Part shown: piece after piece, positions 37,163 to 46,884 of the stretch
Layout: each line of letters begins with the position of its first letter
Numbering within the stretch: position 1 is the first letter of the stretch
NCBI GenBank assembly: GCA_021776825.1
Contig: JAJFFG010000128.1
Span: 353-64,352, forward strand
DNA from: Planctomycetota bacterium
GTDB taxonomy: Bacteria; Planctomycetota; JAJSAM01; JAJVHW01
DNA: 64,000 nt
Direction of reading: 5' to 3'
Notes under the pieces: generated by a model
Told to the model about the DNA's origin: nothing
Databases searched by the model: none
Seen by the model: the letters and a program-made list of their open reading frames with translations, nothing else
Position numbers and translations under genes: made by a program

Positions 37163-37906
37163 ATGAGCGCTTCGACCCGCATCGACGCCCTAGCACGTGC
37201 CACTGCGCGCGATCTCTTCAGGCGTCCGGGTCTCATGCTCGCCCTCGCCGGCGCGGGCCTGACGACGCTGCTTCTTCCCCGGCTCACGTCGAGAGCACTG
37301 GACGACGGAGGGTCCCTCTTCGTCGAGCTGCTCCTCACGAGCGCTGCGCTCTACCTTTGCGTGCTCGCGGGCCTCTGCGGCGTGGTGGTGGCCGCCAAGG
37401 AGTCCCCGCTCGGGCCGTCGCTCGAGCTGAGCGTCACGCCTGCCACCTGGCTGGAGGGGGTTGCTGGGCGGTTTGCGGGCGTCCTAGCCGTGCTCAGTCT
37501 TCACCTCAGCCTCATCACGCTCGTGGCGATCACGGTGGGCGCCCTCGAGACGGCGACCCCCTCGCTGCTCGCAGTTGGGCTCTGCGGGGTTCTCAGTCAG
37601 GCGATCGTGCTGGGAGCCACCGGAGTGCTCCTCGGGAGCATCCTCCCCCAGCAGCTCGCCGGCGCTGGTGTGCTCCTGGTTCTCGTGCTGACACGACTCG
37701 TGCCGCCCGGCAGCCTGGACGGCATTCCCGGCCTCCTCGCCGCGGCACTCCCCGACCCGGCCGCCCTCGACCTCGGACGCGAGGTGGGTTTCCAGCGGCC
37801 AATCGCCGTCCACGCGCTGGCGCTTGCCGCGCTCGGAGGACTCCTGCAGGCGAGCGGATACCTACTCGGCGCCGCGGGACTCCAGAGGTGGCGGGCCACT
37901 CGATAG
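37163..37906 (+). CDS. Hypothetical integral membrane protein (ABC-2 permease-like)
   Basis: About six hydrophobic helices; 'LARATARDLFRRP' and 'VTPATW...VAGRFAG' permease-like pattern. Confidence 0.6.
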   Translation: MSASTRIDALARATARDLFRRPGLMLALAGAGLTTLLLPRLTSRALDDGGSLFVELLLTSAALYLCVLAGLCGVVVAAKESPLGPSLELSVTPATWLEGVAGRFAGVLAVLSLHLSLITLVAITVGALETATPSLLAVGLCGVLSQAIVLGATGVLLGSILPQQLAGAGVLLVLVLTRLVPPGSLDGIPGLLAAALPDPAALDLGREVGFQRPIAVHALALAALGGLLQASGYLLGAAGLQRWRATR

Positions 37907-37908
37907 CG

Positions 37909-37933
37909 TAACCCGTTATCGGGCAGTTCGTTA
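37909..37933. promoter_or_regulatory. 25-bp dyad motif copy (CG-TAAC-N17-GTTA-CG)
   Basis: Same TAA-N19-TTA spacing, intergenic. Confidence 0.5.
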
Positions 37934-38094
37934 CGACTGGCGAGCTGGCGCCGTCCCGCTCGATGGTCGATCCGCTTGGAGGGCGCCCAGGCCTTCCCTC
38001 TTCCGCACCGCGGAGACGTGACGTAGTCTTCCGGTCCGCGCTTCGCCGGCGGCTCCATGGGCCATCGGGGTGGCGTCCTTTGCACTGACGTCAC

Positions 38095-38820
38095 GTGCGT
38101 TACGCCATCCTTGCCGACATCCACAGCAACCTCGAGGCACTCGAGGCTGTGCTGACCTCCCTGGAACGGGAGCGGATTGATCATTACGTGTGCGTCGGCG
38201 ACGTCGTTGGCTACGGAGCAGATCCGAAGCCGTGCCTCGATCGGGTTCGCGATCTCTGCGACGTCATCGTCGCCGGAAATCACGACTGGGCCGTCGCGGG
38301 TACGCTCTCGCTCGAGTTCTTCAACGACTACGCGAAGGCAGCCGTCTACTGGACGCGCGAGCAGCTCGAGGACGACGACATTGCCTGGCTCCGCGATCTG
38401 CCGCTCACGGCCGACGTCGACCGCCACACGCTGCTCGTCCACAGCACGCTTCACGACCCCCCGGCGTTCGACTACCTGCTGACCTCGTACGACGCGCATC
38501 TCTCGATGCGCGTTCTCAAGAAGTCGCTCTGCTTCGTCGGGCACTCCCACATCCCGATCACGTTCATGGAGCGCGGCGGGCTCGGCTTCACGTTCGCCGA
38601 CTCGATCGATCTCTCGAAAATCGAGAAGGCGATCATCAACCCGGGGAGCGTCGGCCAGCCCCGAGACGAGAACCCCGAGGCGGCGTACGCGATCTACGAC
38701 ACGGTCAAGCGCCGGGTCACCCTGCATCGCGTCAGCTACGACATCGATACCGCCGCCGCGAAGATCTCGGATGCGGGCCTTCCGCAGCCCCTCGCCGACC
38801 GGCTCCGCGTCGGCAAGTAG
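38095..38820 (+). CDS. Metallophosphoesterase (calcineurin-like, YfcE/MJ0936-type)
   Basis: ADIHSN, GDVVGYG, GNHD, GHSH, NPGSVGQPRD. Confidence 0.93.
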   Translation: MRYAILADIHSNLEALEAVLTSLERERIDHYVCVGDVVGYGADPKPCLDRVRDLCDVIVAGNHDWAVAGTLSLEFFNDYAKAAVYWTREQLEDDDIAWLRDLPLTADVDRHTLLVHSTLHDPPAFDYLLTSYDAHLSMRVLKKSLCFVGHSHIPITFMERGGLGFTFADSIDLSKIEKAIINPGSVGQPRDENPEAAYAIYDTVKRRVTLHRVSYDIDTAAAKISDAGLPQPLADRLRVGK

Positions 38821-38871
38821 GCCGGCCTCGGGGCCGGGGGGTAGATTCCCTGCACCCCCAACGGGTGCTCG

Positions 38872-40266
38872 ATGATGCGTCGCCACGGCCACCTCCATCG
38901 CTCGTCCCTGCTGGTTGCCGACATCGTCGCAGCGACCGCAGCCGCGGTGATCGCGTACATCGTTCGGTTCGAGAGCGGCTGGATCGCCGTCGAGGGCCGC
39001 TTAGATGTGCTCCCCGCGCAGTACCTCCGGGCGCTGCCGGCGACGGTGGCCGTGCTGGTCATCGCAGCGCGCCTGCGCAACCGGGAGCCGCCGGGGACGC
39101 GGCGCGACAGCATCGCGCACGCGATGCGAGCGGGGCTGCTCGGCGCGCTGCTCCTCGCAACGCTGGTCCTCTTCTATCGCGACGTGTTCCAGTACAGCCG
39201 ACTCGCCGTCGTGATCGTGGCAGGGCTCTACGTTCCCTCGCTTCTGGCAGCTCGGGCAGGCGCGCGAGCGATCGTGAGGCGGCTACGACAAGCCCGGCAG
39301 TTCCGCACTCCGGCCGCCGTCGTCGCCGGCGGCGCCCCAGCAATGCGCCTCGCGCGCGCTCTCGCCTCGACGCCCTGGAGCGGCGTGCACGTCGTCGCGG
39401 TGCTCGAGCTCGGAGGCGAGGTCGGGGCATGGCCAGCGGCGGAGAGGCTCGACGGCCTGGGCGCGCTGTTCCGGCAGGCGCAAGGCAGCGACGTAACTGA
39501 GGTCTACGTGGCCCTCCCGGCCGAGCGCGCCGCGGAGCTCCCCTCACTCCTGGAGGGGCTCGCCCAGACGACGGTGGACGTGCGTGTCGTGCCCGATCTC
39601 GGCGATGCCGTGCTGCTGAACGCGGATGCCCACGTCCTGGCGGGGCTCCCCATGGTCTCCGTACGCGAGCGGCCGCTCTACGGTGCGCATGCGGCGGCCA
39701 AGCGAGCGGTCGACGTGCTCGTCGCTGCGATGCTGCTGGTCGCGCTGCTGCCACTCCTCTTGCTCATCGCCGCGATCGTGCGCCTCACGTCGGTCGGCCC
39801 CGTGCTGTTCCGCCAAGAGCGAATGGGCCTCGATGGCCGCGCCTTCGAGATGCTCAAATTTCGGTCGATGCCAGTGGACGCTGAGGCCAACACCGGGCCG
39901 GTCTTCGCGACCATCAACGACCCCCGCGCGACTCGCGTGGGTCGTGTCCTGCGGCGTCTCTCACTCGACGAACTCCCTCAGCTCTGGAACGTCCTCAGGG
40001 GTGAGATGAGCCTCGTGGGACCTCGTCCCGAACGACAGTCGTTCATCGACGACTTTCGGCGACGGTTCCCGGGATACATGCTTCGGCATGCCGTGCGCTC
40101 GGGGATGACCGGCTGGGCGCAGGTGAACGGCCTACGTGGCGACTCGTCCCTCGAGGACCGGCTGCAGTACGACATCGAGTACATCGACAGCTGGAGCCTG
40201 CTGTTGGACGCAGAGATCCTCGGTCGGACCGCTGTGCAGGTCGTGATCGGGAAGAACGCCTACTGA
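38872..40266 (+). CDS. Undecaprenyl-phosphate sugar phosphotransferase (WcaJ-like priming glycosyltransferase)
   Basis: N-terminal TMs; KRAVD, FRQERMG, KFRSM, DELPQLWNVL.GEMSLVGPRPE, GMTGWAQVNG, D..YI..WS. Confidence 0.92.
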   Translation: MMRRHGHLHRSSLLVADIVAATAAAVIAYIVRFESGWIAVEGRLDVLPAQYLRALPATVAVLVIAARLRNREPPGTRRDSIAHAMRAGLLGALLLATLVLFYRDVFQYSRLAVVIVAGLYVPSLLAARAGARAIVRRLRQARQFRTPAAVVAGGAPAMRLARALASTPWSGVHVVAVLELGGEVGAWPAAERLDGLGALFRQAQGSDVTEVYVALPAERAAELPSLLEGLAQTTVDVRVVPDLGDAVLLNADAHVLAGLPMVSVRERPLYGAHAAAKRAVDVLVAAMLLVALLPLLLLIAAIVRLTSVGPVLFRQERMGLDGRAFEMLKFRSMPVDAEANTGPVFATINDPRATRVGRVLRRLSLDELPQLWNVLRGEMSLVGPRPERQSFIDDFRRRFPGYMLRHAVRSGMTGWAQVNGLRGDSSLEDRLQYDIEYIDSWSLLLDAEILGRTAVQVVIGKNAY

Positions 40267-40352
40267 CCGCGCACGGCTGCCAGAATGGAACGACCGACGG
40301 TCGGCTTGGGCCGCCCGTTCGATGTCCCCAAATCGACCGCCAAGGGTGACCG

Positions 40353-41210
40353 TTGCCGCGCCAGCCCGACTCCGCCCTTGAGAGCTACCTGCGCGAGATT
40401 GGGCAGGTGCCGCTCCTTACCGCCGAGCAGGAGCACCTGCTGGCGATCGAGGTTCGTGACGGCGACCCCGCCGCACGTGAGCGCATGATCCGCTCGAACC
40501 TGCGGCTCGTGGTCTCGATCGCGAAGCGGTACCGACGGCGCGGCCTGACGCTCCTCGATCTGATCGAAGAGGGCAACGTCGGGCTCGTCAAGGGCGTCGA
40601 GCGCTTCGATCCGGATGCCGAGACTCGGTTCAGCACGTACGCCACGTGGTGGATCAAGCAGGCCATCCGACGCGCACTCGTGAACACGGCGAAAACCGTC
40701 CGCGTCCCGTCCTACATGGTCGAGATCATCTCCAACTTCAAGCGCGCCTCCACCCGGTTCGAGGAGGAGCACGGTCGGCCGCCGACCGTCAACGAGGTCG
40801 CGAAGGAGATGGGTTACGACGACTCCAACCTGCGCCTGGTGAAGCGGGCGATCCGCGCCGCGCACAACGATGGCGACGCGATCTCGCTCGAAGCGATCTC
40901 CGAGCAGCGGGACACCCTCGAAGACACGCGAACGAACGCTCCGGACGCCGAGATCCTCGACGACGAGGAGCTGTCGAAGCTGCAGGAACTTCTCGACTCG
41001 ATCGAGCCCCGCGAGGCCGAGATCCTCCGCCTGCGCTTCGGGCTGGACGACGACGGGCCGATGACGCTGCGGGAGATCGGCGAGCGGTTCGGCGTCTCGC
41101 GCGAGCGTGTGCGCCAGATCGAAAGCCGGGCGCTGCGCAAGCTCGAGGCCCGCTTCAGCGGTCGCCGTGGAACCGGTCGCCCTGGAACCCCTCCTGCTGG
41201 AGCGCCGTGA
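40353..41210 (+). CDS. Sigma-70 family RNA polymerase sigma factor (group 2 / RpoS-like, no region 1.1)
   Basis: YLREIG..PLL, NLRLVVSIAKRY, DLIEEGN.GL, RFSTYATWWIKQAI, TLREIG...GVSRERVRQIE. Confidence 0.93.
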   Translation: MPRQPDSALESYLREIGQVPLLTAEQEHLLAIEVRDGDPAARERMIRSNLRLVVSIAKRYRRRGLTLLDLIEEGNVGLVKGVERFDPDAETRFSTYATWWIKQAIRRALVNTAKTVRVPSYMVEIISNFKRASTRFEEEHGRPPTVNEVAKEMGYDDSNLRLVKRAIRAAHNDGDAISLEAISEQRDTLEDTRTNAPDAEILDDEELSKLQELLDSIEPREAEILRLRFGLDDDGPMTLREIGERFGVSRERVRQIESRALRKLEARFSGRRGTGRPGTPPAGAP

Positions 41211-41214
41211 CGAC

Positions 41215-42486
41215 GTGACCGCTGGCCCCGTCGCCGGTGGCGCTGACACCACCCGCCTCGACCCGGTCGGACCGGGCCTCTACGTCCACGTTCCGTTCTG
41301 CGAAGCCCGCTGCAGCTACTGCGACTTCTACGCCGTGGCGCGCGATCAGGCACCGCGCCGCCAGATCGCCGAGGCGCTCGCGGTCGAGGCCGCCGCACGC
41401 ACGCCGACCGACTTCGCCCCCGTCACGACGTTCGTGGGTGGTGGCACGCCGACGGCGCTCACCGACGAGGAGCTCCGCGACGTGTTGGACGTCGTGTCTG
41501 GCGTCGCACAACCGGGAGGTCGGCTCAGCGAGTGGACGGTCGAGTGCAATCCCGGGTCGTTCACGCCGACGAAGGCCCGATTGATGCGGGCGGCGGGGGT
41601 CAATCGCGTCTCCATCGGGGTGCAGAGTTTCGATGATGCCGTGTTGCGATCGGTCGGGCGGGTCCACGACGCCGCGACGGCTCGAGACGCCGTCCGTATC
41701 GCTCGGGACGCAGGGATCGAGCAGGTCTCCGTGGACCTACTCTTCGCTGTTCCCGGGCAGGGGCTGGAGACGTTCCGGCGCGACCTCGACGAGGCCGTGG
41801 TCCTCGGCACAGATCACGTCTCGGCGTACGCGCTGATCTTCGAGCCCGGGACACCGCTGCGCAAGCACCTGGACGCCGGCCGGGTCGTCGCTGAGGACGA
41901 GGTGGTCGAGCTGACGATGATGCGCGTTGCGCGCGAGGTGCTCGCCGCTGCGGGGTTCGAGCGGTACGAGGTCTCCAACTTCGCCCGTCCGGGCTCCGCA
42001 TGCCGTCACAACCTGAACTACTGGCGCAATGGCGAGTACCTCGGGCTCGGGCCATCCGCGGTGAGCTATCTGAACGGCGTCCGGCGCGGCAACGTCGCCG
42101 ACTGGCAGGAGTGGGAGCGGATCGTGCTCAGCGGGGACGATGCGGCGGTGAGCGGTGAGCGGCTCGACCCCACAGGGGCCGCGGCGGAAGAGTTGATGGT
42201 CCGCCTCCGCCTGGCCGAGGGAGCCGACCTCGCGGCGGTCGGGCGCCGCTACGACATCGATGCGGAGGGGACGTTCGGGCCGGTGATGCATCGCTTCCGT
42301 GGCTACGACCTCCTCGCGGAGGACGAAGGGCGGTGGAGCTTCACGGATCAGGGACTCGAGGTGGCCGACGGCGTGCTCGCTGAGATCATCGCCGCGGCCC
42401 GGTGTAACCTTTCGGGGTGCTCGACCGTCCCTCTTCCTGTGGACGCCTCGCGCACGGCGCCCACAACACGGCCGCGCACTCAATGA
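41215..42486 (+). CDS. hemW: Radical SAM heme chaperone HemW (HemN-like)
   Basis: LYVHVPFCEARCSYCDF, GGGTPT, RVSIGVQSF, YEVSNF, HNLNYW. Confidence 0.88.
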   Translation: MTAGPVAGGADTTRLDPVGPGLYVHVPFCEARCSYCDFYAVARDQAPRRQIAEALAVEAAARTPTDFAPVTTFVGGGTPTALTDEELRDVLDVVSGVAQPGGRLSEWTVECNPGSFTPTKARLMRAAGVNRVSIGVQSFDDAVLRSVGRVHDAATARDAVRIARDAGIEQVSVDLLFAVPGQGLETFRRDLDEAVVLGTDHVSAYALIFEPGTPLRKHLDAGRVVAEDEVVELTMMRVAREVLAAAGFERYEVSNFARPGSACRHNLNYWRNGEYLGLGPSAVSYLNGVRRGNVADWQEWERIVLSGDDAAVSGERLDPTGAAAEELMVRLRLAEGADLAAVGRRYDIDAEGTFGPVMHRFRGYDLLAEDEGRWSFTDQGLEVADGVLAEIIAAARCNLSGCSTVPLPVDASRTAPTTRPRTQ

Positions 42487-42630
42487 ACCGTCGATTCGCG
42501 ATTCGTCGCCGAACGGCCGTGGAGGTGGCGGCGGGGGAGGGCCCGCTGGGATCGGGTGTGGCGCTCGCTTCGCTGCGGGGGGCGGTGAGGTCCCGGCCGA
42601 GGATGGGGCAGGATGATCGGGCAGGGGGAG

Positions 42631-43839
42631 TCAGGAACTCGCCTGGTCTGGATCTGACGGGCCGGAATCTGACCGGGCCGGGTCTCCCCGGGCCGGGTCT
42701 CCCCGGGCGGGGCCGAGCGGGGCGTCCAGTACCTCGCCGTAGAGCGCTTCGTACTGCGAGACGACGTCCTCTTCCGCGAAGCGGTCGACCGCGCGGCGCC
42801 GAGCCTCGGCGCCCATCGCGCGGCGCCGGGCAGGGTCCTGCAGGAGCGCGATCGAGCGACGGGCAGCGGTCTCGACGTCGCCGACGTCGACCAGCAACCC
42901 GGTGACCTCGTCGTCAACGACCTCCGGCAGCCCACCGGAGCGTGTGCCGAGTACCGGCACGGCGCACGACATCGCCTCCAGCGCAGCGAGACCGAAGGAC
43001 TCGTGGTCGCTCGGCAGGAGAAACAGGTCGGAGCACCCGAGCACCCGCTCGACGGCCTCCTGCTCCCCCAGGAACCTCACGCGCTCGAACACACCCTCGT
43101 CGCGCGCGACCTTCTCCGCGCGCGGGCGTTCGGGGCCATCCCCAGCGAGCACGAGCCGAGCCGGCATCGCGCGGGACACGCGAGCGAAGATGCGGACCAC
43201 GTCGGCCAGTCGCTTCACCGGCCGGAAGTTCGAGACGTGGGCGAGCACGACCTCGTCGTCGGAGCCGAGCCCGCGTCGAGTGTCCACGCAGTCGTGAGGC
43301 CGAAAGCGGTCGGTGTCGACGAAGTTGTGGACGACACGGATCGCGCGGTCGGGTTGGAAGATCCGCAGCGACTCGTCGCGCAGCCAGTTCGACACGGTCG
43401 TCACGGCGTCGCTCGACTCGATGCCGTACCGCGTCGGGTGGAAGTACGCGCCATCCGCGCCAACAATCGTGATGTCGGTCCCGTGCAGCGTGGTGACGAT
43501 GCGCGGACCTCCACCGCCCAGCATGGCACGCGAGAGGATCGCGGAGATCGCGTGCGGGATGGCGTAGTGGACGTGCATCACATCGAGCCGATGCACTTCC
43601 GACACCTCCCGCATCACCGAGGCGAGCGCCAGGTCATACGGCGGGTACCGAAACAGCGGGTACGACGAGACGCGGGCCTCGTGGAACGAGATGTTCGGAT
43701 GGAAGTCCGCGAGCCGGGCGGGGCGCGCGTACGAGAGGAAGTGGACCTCGTGGCCACGATCGGCGAGCGCCACGCCGAGTTGGGTCGCGAGAGCGCCGGA
43801 CCCGCCGTAGGTGGGGTGGCAGCTGATCCCGATGCGCAT
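42631..43839 (-). CDS. bshA: N-acetyl-alpha-D-glucosaminyl L-malate synthase BshA
   Basis: MRIGISCHPTYGGSG..AT.LG, HVHYAIPHA, TTLHGTDIT, HVSNFRPVKR, ESFGLAALEAM; adjacent to bshB1 and bshC. Confidence 0.94.
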   Translation of the reverse strand: MRIGISCHPTYGGSGALATQLGVALADRGHEVHFLSYARPARLADFHPNISFHEARVSSYPLFRYPPYDLALASVMREVSEVHRLDVMHVHYAIPHAISAILSRAMLGGGGPRIVTTLHGTDITIVGADGAYFHPTRYGIESSDAVTTVSNWLRDESLRIFQPDRAIRVVHNFVDTDRFRPHDCVDTRRGLGSDDEVVLAHVSNFRPVKRLADVVRIFARVSRAMPARLVLAGDGPERPRAEKVARDEGVFERVRFLGEQEAVERVLGCSDLFLLPSDHESFGLAALEAMSCAVPVLGTRSGGLPEVVDDEVTGLLVDVGDVETAARRSIALLQDPARRRAMGAEARRRAVDRFAEEDVVSQYEALYGEVLDAPLGPARGDPARGDPARSDSGPSDPDQASS

Positions 43840-43841
43840 GG

Positions 43842-44582
43842 CTAGAGGGACTCGCCCGGCCGGGCGCCGCGCCCGAGCAGCGCCCGTGGATCGACGATGT
43901 CGAGCGCGCCCCGCGTGACCAACGGTTCGCCGAGCTCGACTCCGGCCAGGCGCCCCCAGACCCGCGCCCGCGCCTCCAGTCGTGGGAGGAAGTCGCCGCG
44001 CGAAATCATCGTGACGAAGTCGTCACCGGCAGCGTCCGTGGGAGATCGGTGCAGTTGGCTCGTGAAGCACTGGGCGAGCGCGATCCGCTCGTCCCAGACG
44101 TCGGTGACATCCATCACGATCGTCGTGGGGGCCTCGTCGTGCATGACGTAGTGCAGCAGTCGATGCGGGCGGTGCGGCTCGCCGTCCGCGGTGACGTTCT
44201 TCATGCCGCTCGGGTAGAACGCCTCCTGCACGACGCGGCCCGCAGCGTCGTGATCGGGGTGCAGGTCCCCGGGCAACGGCGCCAGCACGAGCGTCGGCTG
44301 ATGACGGCGAATGGCCTCGATGACGGCCCGGCGCACGTCGAGCGAGGCCGTCAGCTCCGTGTCGGGAAAGCCGAGCGTCTCTCGCACGGCGAGCCCCATC
44401 ATCGCAGCGGCACGCTCGGCCTCGGCGGCGCGGGTCGCGGCGGTTCCCCGGCTCCCTCGCTCGCCCGCGGTCAGATCGACGACCCCGGTGCGCAGTCCGG
44501 CGTCGCGAAAGCGCAGCATGGTGCCGCCCATGCCGAGCTCCACGTCATCGGGGTGGGCGCCGAACGCCAGCACGTCGAGCAT
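43842..44582 (-). CDS. bshB1: Bacillithiol biosynthesis deacetylase BshB1
   Basis: LDVLAFGAHPDDVE.GMGG, DLTAGE.GSRG, HPDH; operon context. Confidence 0.92.
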   Translation of the reverse strand: MLDVLAFGAHPDDVELGMGGTMLRFRDAGLRTGVVDLTAGERGSRGTAATRAAEAERAAAMMGLAVRETLGFPDTELTASLDVRRAVIEAIRRHQPTLVLAPLPGDLHPDHDAAGRVVQEAFYPSGMKNVTADGEPHRPHRLLHYVMHDEAPTTIVMDVTDVWDERIALAQCFTSQLHRSPTDAAGDDFVTMISRGDFLPRLEARARVWGRLAGVELGEPLVTRGALDIVDPRALLGRGARPGESL

Positions 44583-46120
44583 CAGATGTCCTCCTCGAAC
44601 AGCAGCACGTGATCGCCGCCGGCAACGGCGTCCTTCAAGCGGTCGAAGAAGGCCATGCCATGGCGCGCGAGCCACGGTAGCGGGGAGAGCGAGCGCTCGG
44701 CGAACGCGCCCCGAGGCCGCAGGCCCGCCAACGCGACGACGCGGCGACGCGTGTCGACGGCGTCCCGGTCCGCCACGGCACGGGACCACGCCTCCGCGTA
44801 CAGATCGAGTTGACGTCCGAGCTCGCGCCGACGCCGGGTCACGGAGGGCGACGGGTCCGACGGGAGCGCGTCGAGCGCGGCGCGCAGGGCGGCGATCTCC
44901 GGCGGGGGAGGGGGCCGCGAGGGCAGCGCCGCCGTCCCGTGACGAACGACCGCCTCCGGCTCGACCTCGAGTCGGCGACACGCCCGCTCTACATCACGAT
45001 CGACCAGCGTCGCGCCGGGACGCAGGAGCGCCGCCGGCTGCGGGACGCCGAGCAAGTCGTGCGCCTCCCGGAGGAGCGACACGTACCCGAGCTCCGCTGG
45101 GCCGCAGACCTGCGCGGCGACCGGCAGCGCCAGGTCCTGCGCCAGTGCACGCGTGACGACGTTCCATGAGACGGCGGTCGGGTCGGCCGCAAGACGCTCC
45201 CGCAGACGGTCGGCATGGCCCGTCGTGCCGTCCTCGGCAACCAGATCGCCGTCCCTCACGTCGAAGCGCCGGCGCACGCCATCTTGCACCTCGAACACGA
45301 GCGCGCGGCGCGCGAGGGAGAGCGCGGGTGGGTACCCGGCTGCCAGCACTCGCTCCTGAGCCCGCCCGACCGAGTCGAACAGCGCGCCAGGAGAACGAAG
45401 CTCGAACTCGGCGACAGCACGGGCGGCGCTGCGAAGCGTCGATGGCTCCACGACGACGACACCCAGGGCGCCGAGATGGGCGGCGAGGTAGCGTCCGGTC
45501 CACGATCCGAATGTGTCGCCGTCGCGCGGCCGGAGCATCGCGAGGGCGAGGTCAGCCCGCTCCCCGAGCAGCTCCGATGCAGCCTCCATCACTCCGGCGA
45601 GGTCCTGTGGCAACGGCGTGTCCGCCAGCATCCGACGGCCGCCGGGAAGTGATACCTGGAGCCTGTGGAGCTCGGCGCCGTCCCGGATCAGAACGTGGTT
45701 GGCTTCGGCATGATCGTCATCTTCGGATGCGTGCCAGAACACCGGCACCGCGGGGATGCCCGCGGCCTCGAGGCGCTCGCATGCCGCGAGTGCGCCAAGC
45801 GCCTTCACGAGCACCATCAAGGCGCCCCCGAGCAGTCCTGGCTGCTGGCCCGTCACGACCGTCACGACGCCCGGCTCGCGAAGACGCTCCGCGGACGCGA
45901 ACGCCGCGGGGGGCGCCTCGAGCCGACGGAGACCACCCGAGATCGCATCGACGAGGGCCGCGCGAGGGAGCTCGCGTTGGGCCGCCAGGCGTGCGGACGC
46001 CAGCAACCCCGCGTCGTCGACGGAGTGGGTCAGAAGCCCCGCCAACGCCGGATCTCCCTCGACCAGCCCGCGCGCGAGCCCTCCGACGGGGAGCAGGTCC
46101 GACCACGGGATGCGCTTCAT
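44582..46120 (-). CDS. bshC: Bacillithiol cysteine-adding enzyme BshC
   Basis: VVTGQQPGLLGG, VPVFW.ASED.D..E, LP....V.GPAE..Y, C-terminal P.G...ER. Confidence 0.9.
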   Translation of the reverse strand: MKRIPWSDLLPVGGLARGLVEGDPALAGLLTHSVDDAGLLASARLAAQRELPRAALVDAISGGLRRLEAPPAAFASAERLREPGVVTVVTGQQPGLLGGALMVLVKALGALAACERLEAAGIPAVPVFWHASEDDDHAEANHVLIRDGAELHRLQVSLPGGRRMLADTPLPQDLAGVMEAASELLGERADLALAMLRPRDGDTFGSWTGRYLAAHLGALGVVVVEPSTLRSAARAVAEFELRSPGALFDSVGRAQERVLAAGYPPALSLARRALVFEVQDGVRRRFDVRDGDLVAEDGTTGHADRLRERLAADPTAVSWNVVTRALAQDLALPVAAQVCGPAELGYVSLLREAHDLLGVPQPAALLRPGATLVDRDVERACRRLEVEPEAVVRHGTAALPSRPPPPPEIAALRAALDALPSDPSPSVTRRRRELGRQLDLYAEAWSRAVADRDAVDTRRRVVALAGLRPRGAFAERSLSPLPWLARHGMAFFDRLKDAVAGGDHVLLFEEDI

Positions 46121-46884
46121 GCGGCTCTCCCGACCAGCACCGTACGAGGAGCCTCCGAGCTCCACGTCACACCGGCCAGGTCGCCATGCACCGAGACGAC
46201 CTCGAGCCCGGCGGATCGGAACAGAGACTCGAGCTCCTCGCGTGCATACAGGCGAACGGACTCGCGCCATGTCCGTGGGGGGGCGTGGCGCGTCTGCAGC
46301 CGGACGTCCTTCTCGACGCGTCCGTCGCGAATTGCGCGGACCTCGACGATGCGGTTGCCCGCCAACTCGCGCTCCGATCGGGGCACCAACGTGGCGCGGA
46401 CCCGATCGGCGTTGAGGAAGTCGAGGACCAGGTGGCCGCCGGGAGCAAGAACGCGTCGTGCCTCGGCCAGTTGCGCGCTGTTCTCCGCGTCGTCGAAGTA
46501 GCCGAACGTGGTGAACAACGAGGCGACGCCCACGAAGCAGCCGTCCACAAACGGCAGGCGCCGCAGATCCCCACGGACGTACGCGGGGCACTCCGTGACT
46601 GCCTGAGGCGGTCCGGCATGGCCGACGGCGGACCGCAGCAGATCGAGGCTCAGATCGAAGCCGACGACGCGCACGCCCCGCGCCGAGAGCGCGCGCGTGT
46701 GCCGGCCGGCGCCACAGCCCGCGTCCAGAACGAGCCCACCCGGCGGCGCAGCGAGCGCGTCGACGACGAACTCGATCTCGGCGGCGGCGGCCGCGTCACT
46801 ACGGTGCGCGTAGACCTCGAGGTACTCCGCCCGGAACGCCTCGGCGAACCACGGCCCAGGGTCGCCCTCGGCGCCTTCGCTCAT
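46117..46884 (-). CDS. Class I SAM-dependent methyltransferase, translationally coupled to bshC (candidate N-methyl-bacillithiol synthase)
   Basis: WF..AF...YLEVYAHR, VLDAGCGAGRH, LFTTFGYF, PGGHLVLDFLN; ATGA overlaps on both sides. Confidence 0.88.
   Translation of the reverse strand: MSEGAEGDPGPWFAEAFRAEYLEVYAHRSDAAAAAEIEFVVDALAAPPGGLVLDAGCGAGRHTRALSARGVRVVGFDLSLDLLRSAVGHAGPPQAVTECPAYVRGDLRRLPFVDGCFVGVASLFTTFGYFDDAENSAQLAEARRVLAPGGHLVLDFLNADRVRATLVPRSERELAGNRIVEVRAIRDGRVEKDVRLQTRHAPPRTWRESVRLYAREELESLFRSAGLEVVSVHGDLAGVTWSSEAPRTVLVGRAA

Noticed and set aside
42403..42430. ECF-like promoter TGTAACC...CGTC at the hemW 3' end
   Set aside because: No downstream plus-strand gene to drive; could be chance
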